In this document: positions 41,998 through 54,651 of the stretch, in pieces
How positions within the stretch are numbered: position 1 is the stretch's first letter
Layout of the letters: each line of letters opens with the position of its first letter
DNA from: the human T2T-CHM13v2.0 reference genome, Homo sapiens
Direction: 5' to 3' (one strand)
DNA length: 64,000 bases
Assembly: GCF_009914755.1 (NCBI RefSeq)
Contig: NC_060930.1
The notes under the pieces: generated by a model
The model's input: only the letters and a program-made list of their open reading frames with translations
Databases searched by the model: none
What the model was told of the DNA's origin: nothing
Translations under genes and position numbers: made by a program

Positions 41998-42003
41998 AAT
42001 AAA
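41998..42003 (+). terminator. Candidate intronic polyadenylation signal (AATAAA)
   Basis: AATAAA 18 nt after the read-through stop (TGA 41978-41980), followed by a T-rich and then G/T-rich tract. Confidence 0.5.
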
Positions 42004-43183
42004 TTGCTTTTTTGGGGGTGGGATTAATGTGAGAATTGTTTTAAAGACATTATTTGATACACAGAGACCTGTGCAAAAACAAAAAGCTTCATCAGTCTTG
42101 GATAAATGATAGAAAGATGGATCTACTGAATTTACAAATATATCATCCTAGAACATTTAAAAAAGCATAGTCTGGCCAACAGCTGACATACATGGAAATA
42201 TTTTGTCATTGTCACAGGTTAGACAGTGTAATTTAGCCACTGCATCTGCAAAAAAGCCAAACACTTCCTGGTAATTGGAAAATTGTTATACTGCTTTGGG
42301 TCTGTAAGTTATATATTAATTCATTTGGTGTGAGAAGAACTAGTAATAAAGTATGAAGGTCATAATGGAAATTCTATTTTTCTTTTGAAGTTTTTTTTTT
42401 TCTTAAAATGAAACATATTAAAGAACACCATTTCATAACTATCAAACTTTATCTTGCAGTGAAATTTGACAGCTAAACAATTGTTAGATTACCCAGGTCA
42501 ACATGAAATAGAGTGAAAAACGTATTTCTTTTTTTGAATGTTTTAAATAATTTTTTGTGAATTCTAGTCTTTTTAAAATTTGAGATGATTTTAGCACTGA
42601 CTTTCATCATTCTTTCTAGTATTCAGTGATTTGTAGTTTTATGACACTGCACCCCTCAATCCCCAATGTGTTTTTTGTTAGCTTTTTAAGAAAAGGAAAG
42701 CAAGAGATGAAGTGGAGTTTGCAGCTACCAGATTATTCTGTTCAAGTGTTCATATTGCTGTTGGAACTTCTTTCAATGCTGATATGATAAAAGAACATTA
42801 TAATTTGTATATTATATTCTTCTTATCCTTATTCATGAAAGTGTGCTAGAGTGATTTTTCCCAGCACTATCTTAGTACATAAAAATGAAGCTCTTTAGGG
42901 AGGGACAATTTAGTAAAGTGTGTTGTAACATATTATTTTGGTGGTGTTAGGGTGATTGGGGAGATCGGAAAGGAGATGTTGGGGCTATTGTGTAAAATAA
43001 GTTTTATGTCAAAGTATTTCTTCATTTGTGATCCAGCCCGTGGCCTATTTTTAGCGTCAAGGGTTAGTTTATAACAATATATTCCAGTTTTTAAAAGTTG
43101 TCACTTGTTTGAATACAGTGCTACATTCACTGTCACTTACATGCTCTTAATTATATGGTTTTTTTATTTAAAACACCTTACTC

Positions 43184-43475
43184 AGCCAGGCGCAGTCGCA
43201 TGCCTGTAATCCCAGCACTTTGGGAGGCTGAGGTGGGCGGTAGGCAGATCACTTGAGGTCAGGAGTTCGAGACCAGCCTGGCCAACATGGTGAAACCCCG
43301 TCTCTACTAAAAATACAAAAGTTAGCTGGGTGTGCTGGTGCATGCATATAATCCCAGCTATGTGGGAGACTGAGGCATGAGAATCACTTGAACCTGAGAA
43401 ATGGAGGTTGCAGTGAGCCGACATTGAGCCACTGCACTCTAGCTGGTGACGAAGTGAGACTGTCTCCATAAATAA
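43184..43475 (+). mobile_element. Alu (AluS-like), sense orientation
   Basis: Full dimer; TSD aacaccttactc / aacacattactc. Confidence 0.92.
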
Positions 43476-44034
43476 ATGAACACATTACTCAAATATTCTG
43501 AAGTGGGCCTGCTGTTTTCAGGCAAAAGAGAATTAAGAGTTAGGTGGTGCTTTTAAGTGCTCCTTTAAACCAGCCTTTTTCTCTCTGCCAGAATCTTTAA
43601 AAAATTATCATGTGGACAGAGAGATGGAATAGGTGCCTTAAGTAAATGAATTTCTAACATGAAACTTTGGCATAGAGTTGGAAGCCATGTTAGTAAGTTA
43701 TAATGTAACGTACTAACCTTGTAGATAAAGTTCCAGTCCAGTCTTCAGGAGTTTGCCCAGGCTTTTTAATGATGACTCATGCTTCACCAACATTTAATAA
43801 TTTTCCTAAATTAAGAGTAGGTGTTAGTCCCTTTGTTGTTGTTTACTTGCTGCCACCTTTTGGATCTACTGTATAGAATCTAGAGTGTTTTTGCTCAAGT
43901 CTGTAGAATGACTTAGAATGTCAGGTGCATAGAGATTTTGGGTTTACACTCTGTAATTGATGTGAATAATTTAACATTGGAAACAATTATGGAAGCAGCA
44001 TTTTCGATTACTTCAATTTTGTGAATTAAAGCCT

Positions 44035-44247
44035 TCCTGGCTAACACGGTGAAACCCCGTCTCTACTAAAAATACAAAAAATTAGCTGGGCGTGCTGGCG
44101 GGCGCCTGTAGTCCCAGCTACTTGGGAGGCTGAGGCAGGGGAATGGCGCGTGAACCCGGGAGGCGGAGCTTGCAGTGAGCCGAGATCATGCTACTCCACT
44201 TCAGCCTGGGTGACAGAGCAAGACTCCGTCTCAAAAAAAAAAAAAAA
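44035..44247 (+). mobile_element. 5'-truncated AluY, sense orientation
   Basis: cctggctaacacggtgaaacc, gaatggcg..tgaacccgggaggcggagcttgcagtg diagnostics; TSD AAAGCCT. Confidence 0.9.
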
Positions 44248-44267
44248 GCCTATGTAATTGTTTTTTT

Positions 44268-44550
44268 CCCCTCCCCTCCCCCCTCCCCTCCCCATCCCCT
44301 CCCACTCCGCTCGCCTCCCCTCCCCCTCCCCGTCCCTCTCCCATCCCCCTCCCCTCTCCCATCCCCCTCCCATCCCCCCTCCCCTCTCCCATCCCCCTCC
44401 CCCTCCCCTCCCCCCTCCCCCTCCCCTCCCCCCTTCCCCTCCCCTCCCCCCTTCCCCTCCTCCCCCCTCCCCTCCTCCCCCCTCCCCTTCCCCCTCCGTT
44501 CCCCTCCTCCCCCTCCCCTTCCCCCTCCCTTCCCCTCCCCTCCTCTTCTC
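44268..44550. repeat. C-rich polypyrimidine tract, roughly (CCCCT)n
   Basis: About 280 nt almost purely C/T on the + strand. Confidence 0.95.
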
Positions 44551-44552
44551 TT

Positions 44553-44837
44553 GTTTTTAAGACAAAGTCTCACTGTTGCCCAGGGTGGAGAGCAGTGGTG
44601 TGATCTTGGCTGACTGAAACCTCCACCTCCTGAGTTCAAGTGATTCTCCTGCCTCGGCCTCCCAAGTAGCTGGGATTACGGGCAAATGCCACCATGCCCA
44701 GCTTATTTTGTATTTTTTGTAGAGATGGGGTTTCACCGTGTTGGCCAGGCTGGTCTCGAACTCCTGAATTCAGGTGATCCGCCCGCCTCAGCCTCCCAAA
44801 GTGCTGGGATTACAGGCACAAGCCATGGCGCCCAGCT
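44553..44837 (-). mobile_element. Alu (AluS-like)
   Basis: Full dimer; its tail abuts the C-rich tract. Confidence 0.92.
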
Positions 44838-47800
44838 GATTGTTGTTTTTACATATTAACTAGCCTTCACTACTACTGTGATTCTACTACTTTGATACAT
44901 TGTGCTTGTATACATTTCGTTTACTCAGAAAATGCACCTGTCATGCAGGTTGCAATTTTCCTATTCTAATCCTTGTGTAAGAATATAAATTTATTAGAAA
45001 GGGCATGTTTGGAAATAATTTTGATCCTTCTCTTTGATTTCATGCACTAGATACATTGAAAGCTGTTTGTTAATATGACACATTTTCTAGCATTTGCAAC
45101 AGCTTTGCCTCTGTAAAGACTATATAAACGCTTTATCATTTTACGTATTGCAGTTGAAGTTAGTTTCCTTGTGTGTGCTCCCAGTTGGAAATTATATTTT
45201 GTAATATAGCTGTGTCATGGCTAGATGTGATATTAATCATAAGCAACTTCTATGCATATCCTAAAGACAGTAGACCCTTAAAGAAGCAACATATGCTAGA
45301 TTTTTATTGCTTCCTTTTATTTTCCTGATTCAAACTTACATCAAAGGTGTATGATTTTAAAGACCAGATTATTTAATCCTCTGATTTTTAAAATTAATGC
45401 AACTTTTGAACTTCTTTTAAACGTAAGTCAGTTGGCATTTTGTAAGGAGGAAGTCTTAGTTTTTTCATGTTATTTACCTTGTGGTTTCTGTTTTTCTACT
45501 TCTCCAGAAGATGCTTGAGTTTTTAGTTTGCATTACACTTTCTTGGCCCCAATTGTAGAAGACTAGTATATCAGATAATATTTAAAAAACAAACAGACTT
45601 AGAAAATGGATTTATAGCTTTCAAACAAGAAAACTTCTGAGAAGAAATTTTCTTCTAGAACAAATGATTCTATTTTTCTCTGCAGATTGTTAGTAACAAA
45701 AATGATTTAATGTTTATGTGACGTAGAATTCTCTGATCTTAGAAGAGTGAGTCTTTTCTCTCTCTCAAAAACTCTTAAAACTGCATTTTTTAACCTAAAA
45801 TATAAACTATTAAGATACATCTGTAGATGGCACTAGAGTTTTGCTTTTTATAGCCTCTCAAGTTTGAATGAGACATTTCCAACTTGAAATGAGGCTTATT
45901 GAAAGAATTGCTTGATAAATTTCACGATCATCAAACCACTCTTCCCTGGTTGTGAAATAAAAATGTGAAAATTCCTTAATATGTGCTTTATATTTTGACC
46001 TTTAGGTTTGGATTTGGAACAATAGCATTATTTGTACTGTAGGTTTTTAAGTCATGTCTCACTGAAACTATCCCAGACTTGCTTTGAAGAAATCTTAATA
46101 TACCTTTGATTGTGGAAGTAAAGGGAAATCATTAGCTTTCCTTCAGCATTTCAGAAACATTCATGTTAGACAGTTGCTTTCAAGAAATAGCAGTTAGCCC
46201 ATTGTTAGGAAAGCTACAATGCTCATTACAAATAATCATTTTTAATATTTTAGCTTTGCAACTCGAAGTGGGAGAACTTTTAAACACCTGCATTTCAAGC
46301 TTTATTCCACTTTTGCTAGAATATCTGTATCATTATGGGCCCATCAAAAATCTCAAACCTGTAGGAATTATTTCTGTCTTCTAAACGTGTGTTAACATTG
46401 TTCGAAAGTTTTCTTGCTTGTCAACCCCAAATATTCTATATTATTTTTTTAAACCAAATTAATCCCTAGGGAAATGAGGACTTAACCTGCTAAAGCTAGC
46501 ACAGGTATTACCAGCAAGGATAAAGAATGATAAGTTATAGATGTGATGAAGTCAAGTCTCAAGGCATAGTAGTGGTTTTATACACAATAGGCACATGAGG
46601 AAGAAGAAAAGGAAGTGCTGTTATTGAGGAATGAGGTATTTGGCAAGACTTTAAAAACACTGTAAGGATTGGAACTCACTCTTGTAGTTTTTACAGTTTT
46701 AACATTAAAACAGTACCTCTGGTATATTTTGAATTGACCATATCACCCAGTGTGTTACCTTCAATATCCTCTCTCTTGGATTACAGCTTTTTGAAAGGAG
46801 CTTGGTACTATTGGTGGTGCCACTATTATCAAAATCAGTAGCACGGTCTTTAGATTGTTAAAGTACATACCTAAATCCTTCTAAGTCTTTCAGCTGTATC
46901 ATAAATTGCTAGCCTGAAGATGAAAAAAGGACAAAGTTAAGGATGGTTGTCTGAAAGCATTGCAGCTTTCCTAACCATGGGTTAAAAAGCAGGTAAATTA
47001 AATTGCTGTGTATATATCTCATTTGCTATTATTTTCAAAAGTAGTTATAGATACTCCTTTTAAACTGGAAAGATAGAAGCTTTTTTAGAGTCATACGTTT
47101 CACATCCCTGGACTTTTCCTATTGGTTAGTGAAGTTATTACTTAGCTAAAAGACAGTGATGGGAAAACTTTTATAAGGAGATTGGGAATTAAATCCAACC
47201 CAAGTACTAATATTTTTATGTTAAGATAGAATAGTGATCTTTATTTGGAAAAAGAAATTTATCTAAAACACATGGTCATTAGTAAGGAAGTCCTTTGAAC
47301 TTAAAAGTACAGAAAAAGATTCTTTAGCTGAATCAGCGTGACACCATGAACCAGAATATTTTGAGGTTATCTAGGTAAGGTGGCTAATAAACAGTTTGAG
47401 AGGCTCCATCATGCTAGTTTTTGAGTTCCATTTTTGTTACTATTGTTGGTTTTTTCTTTTATTTAAAACGATTTGTTGGATAAACAATTCTTCCCAATTT
47501 TATATGTGATGTCACGTCTGTGGTGAGGTAGGTAGCTGTAACTTTGATGGATTGTCCGTGATGAAATTATTACCAAGATCTTACCACCCTTCTCAGTGGA
47601 TAAATTTATTGTTAGTCTATACTTTGTTATTGTTTATAGTATTCAAGACTGACAAAGGCCAGTTGTCTTTTCTTCCTGATGGTTTATTGTCCCCTCCCTC
47701 CCCCAGCATTTTCTCATTCATACCAGAGGAGAAATATTTGAGGTCTTAAAGGTATCATTTTAATAGAATATTATTTTCTTTGAAAACTTGCTGTATGTTG

Positions 47801-47939
47801 AACTTATGGAACGGATAGAGATGGAAAACATGCAAAGTTTCAGAAAATCAGATATTGAAAATTTAATTTAGCCTCATTTTTGACATAGATTTTCTTGTTA
47901 AAAAAAGGGATAAAAGTTTTTTGGTGTTCTGTTTTCCAG

Positions 47940-48246
47940 GTTTATGGTTGGCTGTGGGAGATGTGATGACTGGTTTCATGGTGATTGTGTTGGGTTAAGT
48001 CTTTCTCAAGCACAGCAGATGGGCGAGGAAGACAAAGAATATGTCTGTGTAAAATGTTGTGCTGAAGAAGACAAAAAGACTGAAATACTAGATCCAGATA
48101 CTTTGGAAAACCAAGCTACAGTTGAATTCCATAGTGGAGATAAAACAATGGAGTGTGAAAAGCTTGGATTATCAAAACACACAACAAATGATAGAACCAA
48201 ATATATAGATGATACAGTGAAGCACAAGGTCAAAATTTTAAAACGG
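47940..48246 (+). CDS. PHF3: PHF3 coding exon 4, rest of the PHD finger, aa 730-832
   Basis: Acceptor gttttccag|G; FMVGCGRCDDWFHGDCVGL...YVCVKC completes the C4HC3 PHD pattern; donor CGG|gtgagc. Confidence 0.96.
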
Positions 48247-48869
48247 GTGAGCTCTTCATTAATGCATTATTTTGTTTATTTAAGAGCTTTTTGTATGGAC
48301 TGACTGCAATAATTTTGAAATTTCTCTTTAGAAGTTTTAATGTTCTTTTACATTTTCAAATTTAGTTTTCCATGAAAGTGAATAGGTTTTTATTTAAAAT
48401 TTTTTGTCAGTCTTGGTGAAATCAGATGGTGACTTTTAGAATATGCAGGCCTTATCTCTTACAGTCTTTTTTGCCATTTCTAGCCCCTAGTTTGGTACTT
48501 GAATTTTCTGTTGTAGGATGTGTGTGGATCTTGTGGCCATTAAGTGTAAATTGTGCTTGCTAAGTTGTTTTAAAAAAGCTTTTCAGTCCATAAATATCTA
48601 CCAGCCCTTTGACCATTTGGCATTATTTTTTTGACTACCTTCTGAAAGTATTTTCTAAATAGAAATTTCAAGATATTTAGGCTTTAATAGGAGAAATGTA
48701 TAAAGGACACGGCATTTTATCTGATTAAATTTTCTTTCCTCATTGTCTACCTTTTTATTACCTATCACTTTTTTAGTCGTTAATTTGTTATTCTTATAGA
48801 ATACTGATAGAGAGGAGAAACAGTGGCAACACATGTATGTGGTTAGGCAAGTATAATCCAAAACGCAAA

Positions 48870-49500
48870 GAACATGAATCTTAGAGTTGGAGCTTTAGAA
48901 ATCTTTTGGTCCAATCATTTTGATTTATTAATATGCCTTACAACATTTCTAGGAAGTGATGATCTAGTTTCTGTTTGAAATCCATTGCAAGGGGATACAT
49001 CTTCATTTTTAAGCATCTAATTGTCAGAAAGTTGATCAGTTTGAGCTGAAATTTGCATCCCTGAATTGAAGCCTCCTTATTAAAACTTAATTTCTCTGCA
49101 ACACGATATGGAAGTTAATTTAGATTGAAGAGCATGAGGATGTGTTCTCCAGAATCTTACCTATTAACAAATCCGTTTCTTTCAGGCATTCCTTGTACGA
49201 CAAATCTGGATTAAGTTCTAGTTTGTCATATCCTTGTGGCATCTAATATTTTTTGTCTGTCAAGACTTTTTGAAAATCAGATTCTGTCCTTCTGATACGT
49301 GTTATTACTTTGTTGATTTGATCATCAAAGTAATTGATAATATGGATCTGAGAGCCACAATGAGAACAGTTTATAGCATGTCTTTGGAAAACTTCTATTT
49401 ATTATTAACTAGTATTAATAATCACCTCTTACGTACAGCTTCTTGGCCATATACATATGCAGTACAATGAGAAATATAGCTCATTGTATTGACCATAGCT
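48870..49500 (-). mobile_element. Ancient LINE fragment (L3/CR1-like)
   Basis: gaatcttagagttgga...ctagtttctgtttgaa...ctaattgtcagaaagtt...gagctgaaattt resembles an antisense CR1 3' end. Confidence 0.4.
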
Positions 49501-49536
49501 GAGTTGTCTCTGTCTTGCTTAAAAAGACATCATAAA

Positions 49537-49824
49537 GGCTGAGTGCAGTGGCTCACACCTGTAATCCTAGCACTTTGGGAGGCTGAGGTGGGCGGATCGC
49601 CTGAGGCCAGGAGTTTGAGACCAGCCTGGGCAACATGGTGAAACCCCGTCTCTACTAAAATACAAAAATTAGCCGAGCATGGTGGTGCATGCCTGTAATC
49701 CCAGCTGCTTGGGAGGCTGAGGCAGGAGAATCGCTTGAACCTGACGGAGGTTGTAGTGAGCTGGGATTGTGCCACTTTATTCCAGCTTGGGCAAAAGAGT
49801 GAAACTCCGTCTCATAAATAAATG
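49537..49824 (+). mobile_element. Alu (AluS-like), sense orientation
   Basis: 15-bp TSD AAAAGACATCATAAA at 49522 and 49825. Confidence 0.93.
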
Positions 49825-50209
49825 AAAAGACATCATAAAACGTTAACAATTTTAACATTTTGAGAACCTCTTTATCCAGTCTGTATCAGAAAAGAATCTG
49901 AGGTGAGTCTGATTTTGTAAATGTGTGCACCATACAAGTGATCACTGCTTCCTTTTCTTTTTGATGTGAACTGTTGACTCTCTCTTGGACTTGTCTGATG
50001 TTAGTTTATGGAATCTGCTTTTCTTATCCCTAGATTTTTATGTTGAACTATTTATTGAGTTTCTGTTGTGTGGCATAGCACTACGTGCCTTGGGTGTATA
50101 ATATTGAAGTATATTCCTGCTCTCAAGAATGTCTAGTTGCAGACAAAAACCAGACAAATAAATAAAAAATTAGAGGATTCTTAGTCTAGAGAAAAGCACT
50201 ATTTTGATT

Positions 50210-51740
50210 GTACCCTATTTTAAAACCTGAGTATATGTCTGACTATATAGCGTTCCTCTCCCTGTCTTTCAGGAACATTAGTAGGATGTGATTAATTTCT
50301 CCCAAGGATCTCAGAATTCCAGTTTTACTGGTAATTCTTTGTGGATTATAATTAGAACCAGAGTAGCAGGTACTCTGATGGTTTATTCTACCTCATGGGA
50401 ATTAAAATTGCCAATAGGCATACTGAGAACTTAATTGATACACTTGCTAGTATATAAGTGAACTTAATTTCATTTGTTTTAGAATATAGATACTTGTTTC
50501 TTTACAATTTCCTCCTTTTTCCATATCCAGAGCCAAATAAGAGAATTCTTACTACCTTATTTTTAATTTTCTTTCTACTAATGGTATTGGGAACATGATC
50601 TCTATGTCCTTTGTTTCTCCTTTATAAGCTATTATGTGTTCTACACAAAATAGGTGCAGAATAGATTTCGAATGAAAGAGTGAATCTCATTTTACTAATA
50701 ATCAAGAGTTATTTTTGTACGTCTTAAAAAACAAAGATTGTTTAGTTATTTTCATTCTAATGAATTAAGTACTCATTTTCCAGGAGTCTGGTGAAGGCAG
50801 AAATTCATCAGACTGTAGAGATAATGAAATTAAAAAATGGCAGCTAGCTCCTCTTCGTAAGATGGGACAACCAGTTTTACCTCGGAGATCCTCAGAAGAA
50901 AAAAGTGAAAAAATACCGAAAGAGTCTACAACTGTTACTTGCACAGGAGAAAAAGCTTCAAAACCAGGTAGTGAGATGAACAGAAAAAATTATATACTAA
51001 TATATTTATATCTTATTTAAGATACAATTAATTAGTATACTTAGGGAATTTTTACAAATTTAACATTATTAAATGTTGTATTGCCATTAAGGCAATACAA
51101 ATGGGTTAGGTGATTGGCCTTACTTGTAATTAAAAACTTGCTCTAAATTCTGGGGAAGCGCTAGTGAAATTAAGATAAGACCCCTCTTCTCATGGCACTT
51201 AAATACTAATGGAAGAAGGCAGTAAGTTTGCAAGTAAGAAAATTGCATGTTATTTTACAGCTTGAGAAGAAAAAGTGGAGTAATGGGATGGATAGTCACA
51301 GGTGGGAAGAGTAATGGGACTTCTGTTTTACATGGAATGGAGGAAGTAACTTGTGAGGTGGGATTTGAAGGGGTGCAAAGATTTTTGGAGGAGGTACTAG
51401 GTAAGGGACACATCAAATCTTAAGGCTTTGTGGTAGAAAGAAGTGTGGCATTTGAGGAGCAAGAAAGCCACTGTAGAGTGATTAGAAGGTAATACATAAA
51501 GGGATAGAACAGTGTTAGAAGATGAGTTCAGAGAAAATTATTGCTCGTACCCTATTTTAAAACCTGAGTATATGTCTATCTGTATAGCGTTCCTCTCCCT
51601 GTCTTTCAGGAACATTATTAGTAGGATGTGATTAATTTCTCCCAAGGATCCCAGAATTCCAGTTTTACTAGTAATTCTTTGTGGATTGTAATTAGAACAA
51701 GAGTAGCAGGTACTCTGATGGTTTATTCTACCTCATGGGA
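50210..51740 (+). repeat. Dispersed direct repeat of ~190 bp (50210-50400 and 51547-51740) flanking coding exon 5
   Basis: gtaccctattttaaaacctgag...ctacctcatggga occurs twice; 7 substitutions and one 3-bp indel by manual alignment. Confidence 0.93.
50784..50967 (+). CDS. PHF3: PHF3 coding exon 5, aa 833-894 (not in the ORF track)
   Basis: Acceptor cattttccag|GAG; ESGEGRNSSDCRDNEIKKWQLAPLRK...ASKP; donor CAG|gtagtg; 184 nt. Confidence 0.93.
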
Positions 51741-52224
51741 CCTTTGGGGCTATGGCAGAGTTTATATTTTGTTCTGAATGTTGTGGGAAACCTTTAGAGG
51801 GTTTTGTGCAAGGGAAAACTCTGGTTGCTCTGTACAGTTTGGATTGTAGGAAGGCAGGAGAGAAAGAGAGTAGCCTGATTAGTCCGTAGCAATATCCTAG
51901 GAAAGAAATGATGGTAGCTTGGAATGGAAATAGAATGAAGGTAGTGAGTAGTAGTCAGATTCACATATGTTTTATAATAGAGTTGACAGAACTTGCTGAT
52001 GGGTTAGATATAGGTTGGTATTGGTGAAGGAAATAGAGTCTGAGAAAAGAAAAAGGTTTGGGGAAGAAAATTGAAAAATTATGTTTTGGCCATTATGAGA
52101 TTCCTATTAGACATCGAGATGGAAATGTTTTGAGTAAATCTTTGGCTGATGAGTCTGGAGCCTATTAGAAGACTTTGGAGGTTGGTATATAAATTTGGGA
52201 TTTACTAGTGCATAGCAGTTAGTA

Positions 52225-52432
52225 CAGGTTAAACATCCCAAATCTAAAATCTGAAACTTGAATGCTGGCATGATGCACAAAGGCAATGCTTGTTGGAGCA
52301 TTGTGGATTTCAGATTTTCTGATTTGGGATGCTCCACTGGTAAGTACAATGCAAATATTCCAAGATTTGAAAAAATCTGAAATTGAAAATACTCTGGTCT
52401 CAAGCATTTCATATAAGGGCATACTCAACCTG
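52225..52432. mobile_element. Tigger4a/MER46A-like MITE, opposite orientation to 15512-15736
   Basis: TA-CAGGTTAAACATCCC ... GGGCATACTCAACCTG-TA. Confidence 0.82.
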
Positions 52433-52520
52433 TATTTAAAATCATGGGCTTAGATATAAATAGCTACAGGAGAGTTTGACAATGAAGGGACAGAAGCAGA
52501 GCCCTTGGGAAGCACCAGCA

Positions 52521-52822
52521 TTTATTTTTACTTTATTTTTGTGACAGGGTCTCACTCTGTCACCCAGGCTTGAGTGCAGTAGTGCAATAGCAGCTCACTA
52601 CAGCCTTGAACTCCTGGGCTCAAGCTATCCTCTCGCCTCAACCTCCTGAGTGGCTGGACTACAGGTGTGCACCACCACACCCAGCTAATTTTTTGATTTT
52701 TTGTAGAGATGGTGTTTCGTTATGTTGGCCAGGCTGGTCTCAAACTCCTGGCCTTCAAGTGATCTTCCTGCTTTGGCCTCTCAAGGTGCTGGGATTACAG
52801 GCATGAGCCATTGAACCTGGCC
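52521..52822 (-). mobile_element. Alu (AluJ-like)
   Basis: gctcactacagccttgaactcctgggctcaag; TSD CAGCATTTA. Confidence 0.9.
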
Positions 52823-54425
52823 ATCAGCATTTAAGAGTTGGGGAGAGAAGAGGTTATACAGCAAAGGAAACTAATGGGTGGCCTGTGAGGAAAGAGGAGA
52901 ACTGAGACTGGTGGCCTGGAAGCCAGGTGAAGTTTCAAGAAGGAAGGAATGACCAAATGCTGTCTGGACATTTAGTAAGATTAACACAAGATTGTTAAGT
53001 CTATGACTTAGCAAAATGGAAATCACTGGTGACCTTGACTAGAATGGTTTCGGTGGAGCAGTAGGGAAAAAAACCAGTTGTAGTGGCTTATGAATGAATG
53101 GAAGAGTGAGGAACTGGAGACGTTGATTACAGATAACTCTCAGGGAGTTTTGCTGTTTAAAGAAACAAATGCCGTAGTAGTTAGAAGTGGATGTGAATTT
53201 TTTTTTTAAAGAAGATATCATAGCATGTTTGTAAGACTAATGGGAATGATCCAATAGAAAGAGACGGCTAGAGAGAGATGATGTTGATGATGTAAGAGAG
53301 AGAAGTGATAGTGTAGGTGTGAAACTCGGGAAGACAAGAGGGGATGGGATTCACTCCACATGGAGGGAGGTATTTATCAGAAAGGTAAAGCTCATCCATT
53401 GGATAGTAGGGAAGGTTGTATGTGGTAGGGGGAAGAACTAATGTAGGTAGGTTGGATTTGGTAATGGGAAAATGATAGTTGACAGTTTTTCCATTTTTTT
53501 TCAGTGAAATATGAAGAGCAAATCAAAAAGATTGTAGTTGAGAAGGAGGTATTGTTGGTTTGAGATGAGAGGAGAAAAAGTATGAAATAGATATCTTAAA
53601 AAGTGGGAGAGCAAATTTATTAGGAAAAGTTAATAGGATTAGGGCAGAAGGTTGAGTTACCTACTTAAAACTTGTGGTTATAAATTTAAAATGACATCTG
53701 TCAGTACCAGTGCTTATTTTTCTCCCTTGTCTTCAGCCGTTTGTTGCCTATTTGGGTGAAGGATAAAAGTTGGCTTTGAGCAGGGTTGTGGTTTTGCCAA
53801 CACACATGTTTAAAAGAGAGAGAATAAAGATATTAAGTATACGAGGGGCTGGTAATGGTATTAGACTGTCTAATCTAAGTTTATAATGTATGAAAAGTGA
53901 ATACATGAAGATGGTAAAAATCATAGATTTAAGAATTGTTGGCATGAGGAGATTCTAGAATAAATGTGCTGGTATAATAAGTCAGAGCAGTGGGATGTTT
54001 GACATTGAGATTTTGGAGATGCTTGGGAATTAGTAATGATAGAATAAAAATAATTTGAAAAGCTTAACATTCAAATTAGTAAAACCAGAAGAGATTCATC
54101 AATTTTGTGGTATTAGGTTATCTGCTCCTAATAAGTTCAGATCAAAATTTCTGAAAACTTTTTAAAAGTTAATTAATATATATGTGTGGAAAAATAACTA
54201 GCTCTAAAAGCCATTGTCTAAATTGAGGAAAGAGTAGGACCAGTTTTTAGTCACTATTCATTTTAATTAGGATTTCAGTGTCAGGAATATTTCAATATGG
54301 ATTGTGGGTTCTGATCTTATTTCTAAATAGTGACTTTTAATCAGTTTTGTTTGTAAACTTATTCATTAAAAAGGAAAGATATTTTTAAAAGCAATGTAAT
54401 GAGTTTCGATATTTATTCAAATTAG

Positions 54426-54570
54426 GTACTCATGAGAAGCAAGAGATGAAAAAGAAGAAAGTTGAAAAAGGAGTGCTTAATGTACATCCTGCTGCTTCTG
54501 CTTCCAAGCCTTCTGCAGATCAGATCAGGCAAAGTGTCAGACATTCTCTCAAAGACATTCTTATGAAGAG
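54426..54570 (+). CDS. PHF3: PHF3 coding exon 6, start of the TFIIS-like domain, aa 894-942
   Basis: Acceptor aattag|GT; GTHEKQEMKKKK...DQIRQSVRHSLKDILMKR; donor GAG|gtaaca. Confidence 0.93.
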
Positions 54571-54651
54571 GTAACATATATTTTTATTATAGAAGTATCA
54601 ATAATTATGCTTTATACATTTGAAAAATAATTGAATTGTTCTAATTTTAAG

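Larger units (their letters stand above)
51130..53990 (-). mobile_element. L2 fragment interrupted by the duplicated block, a Tigger4-like MITE and an Alu
   Basis: G/A-rich antisense L2 motifs (atgatggtagcttgga, gacagaacttgctgatggg, actggtgaccttgactagaatggtttcggtgg). Confidence 0.7.

Noticed and set aside
44188-44639. Pro-rich and Gly/Glu-rich ORFs
   Set aside because: Translations of the (CCCCT)n tract and flanking Alus.
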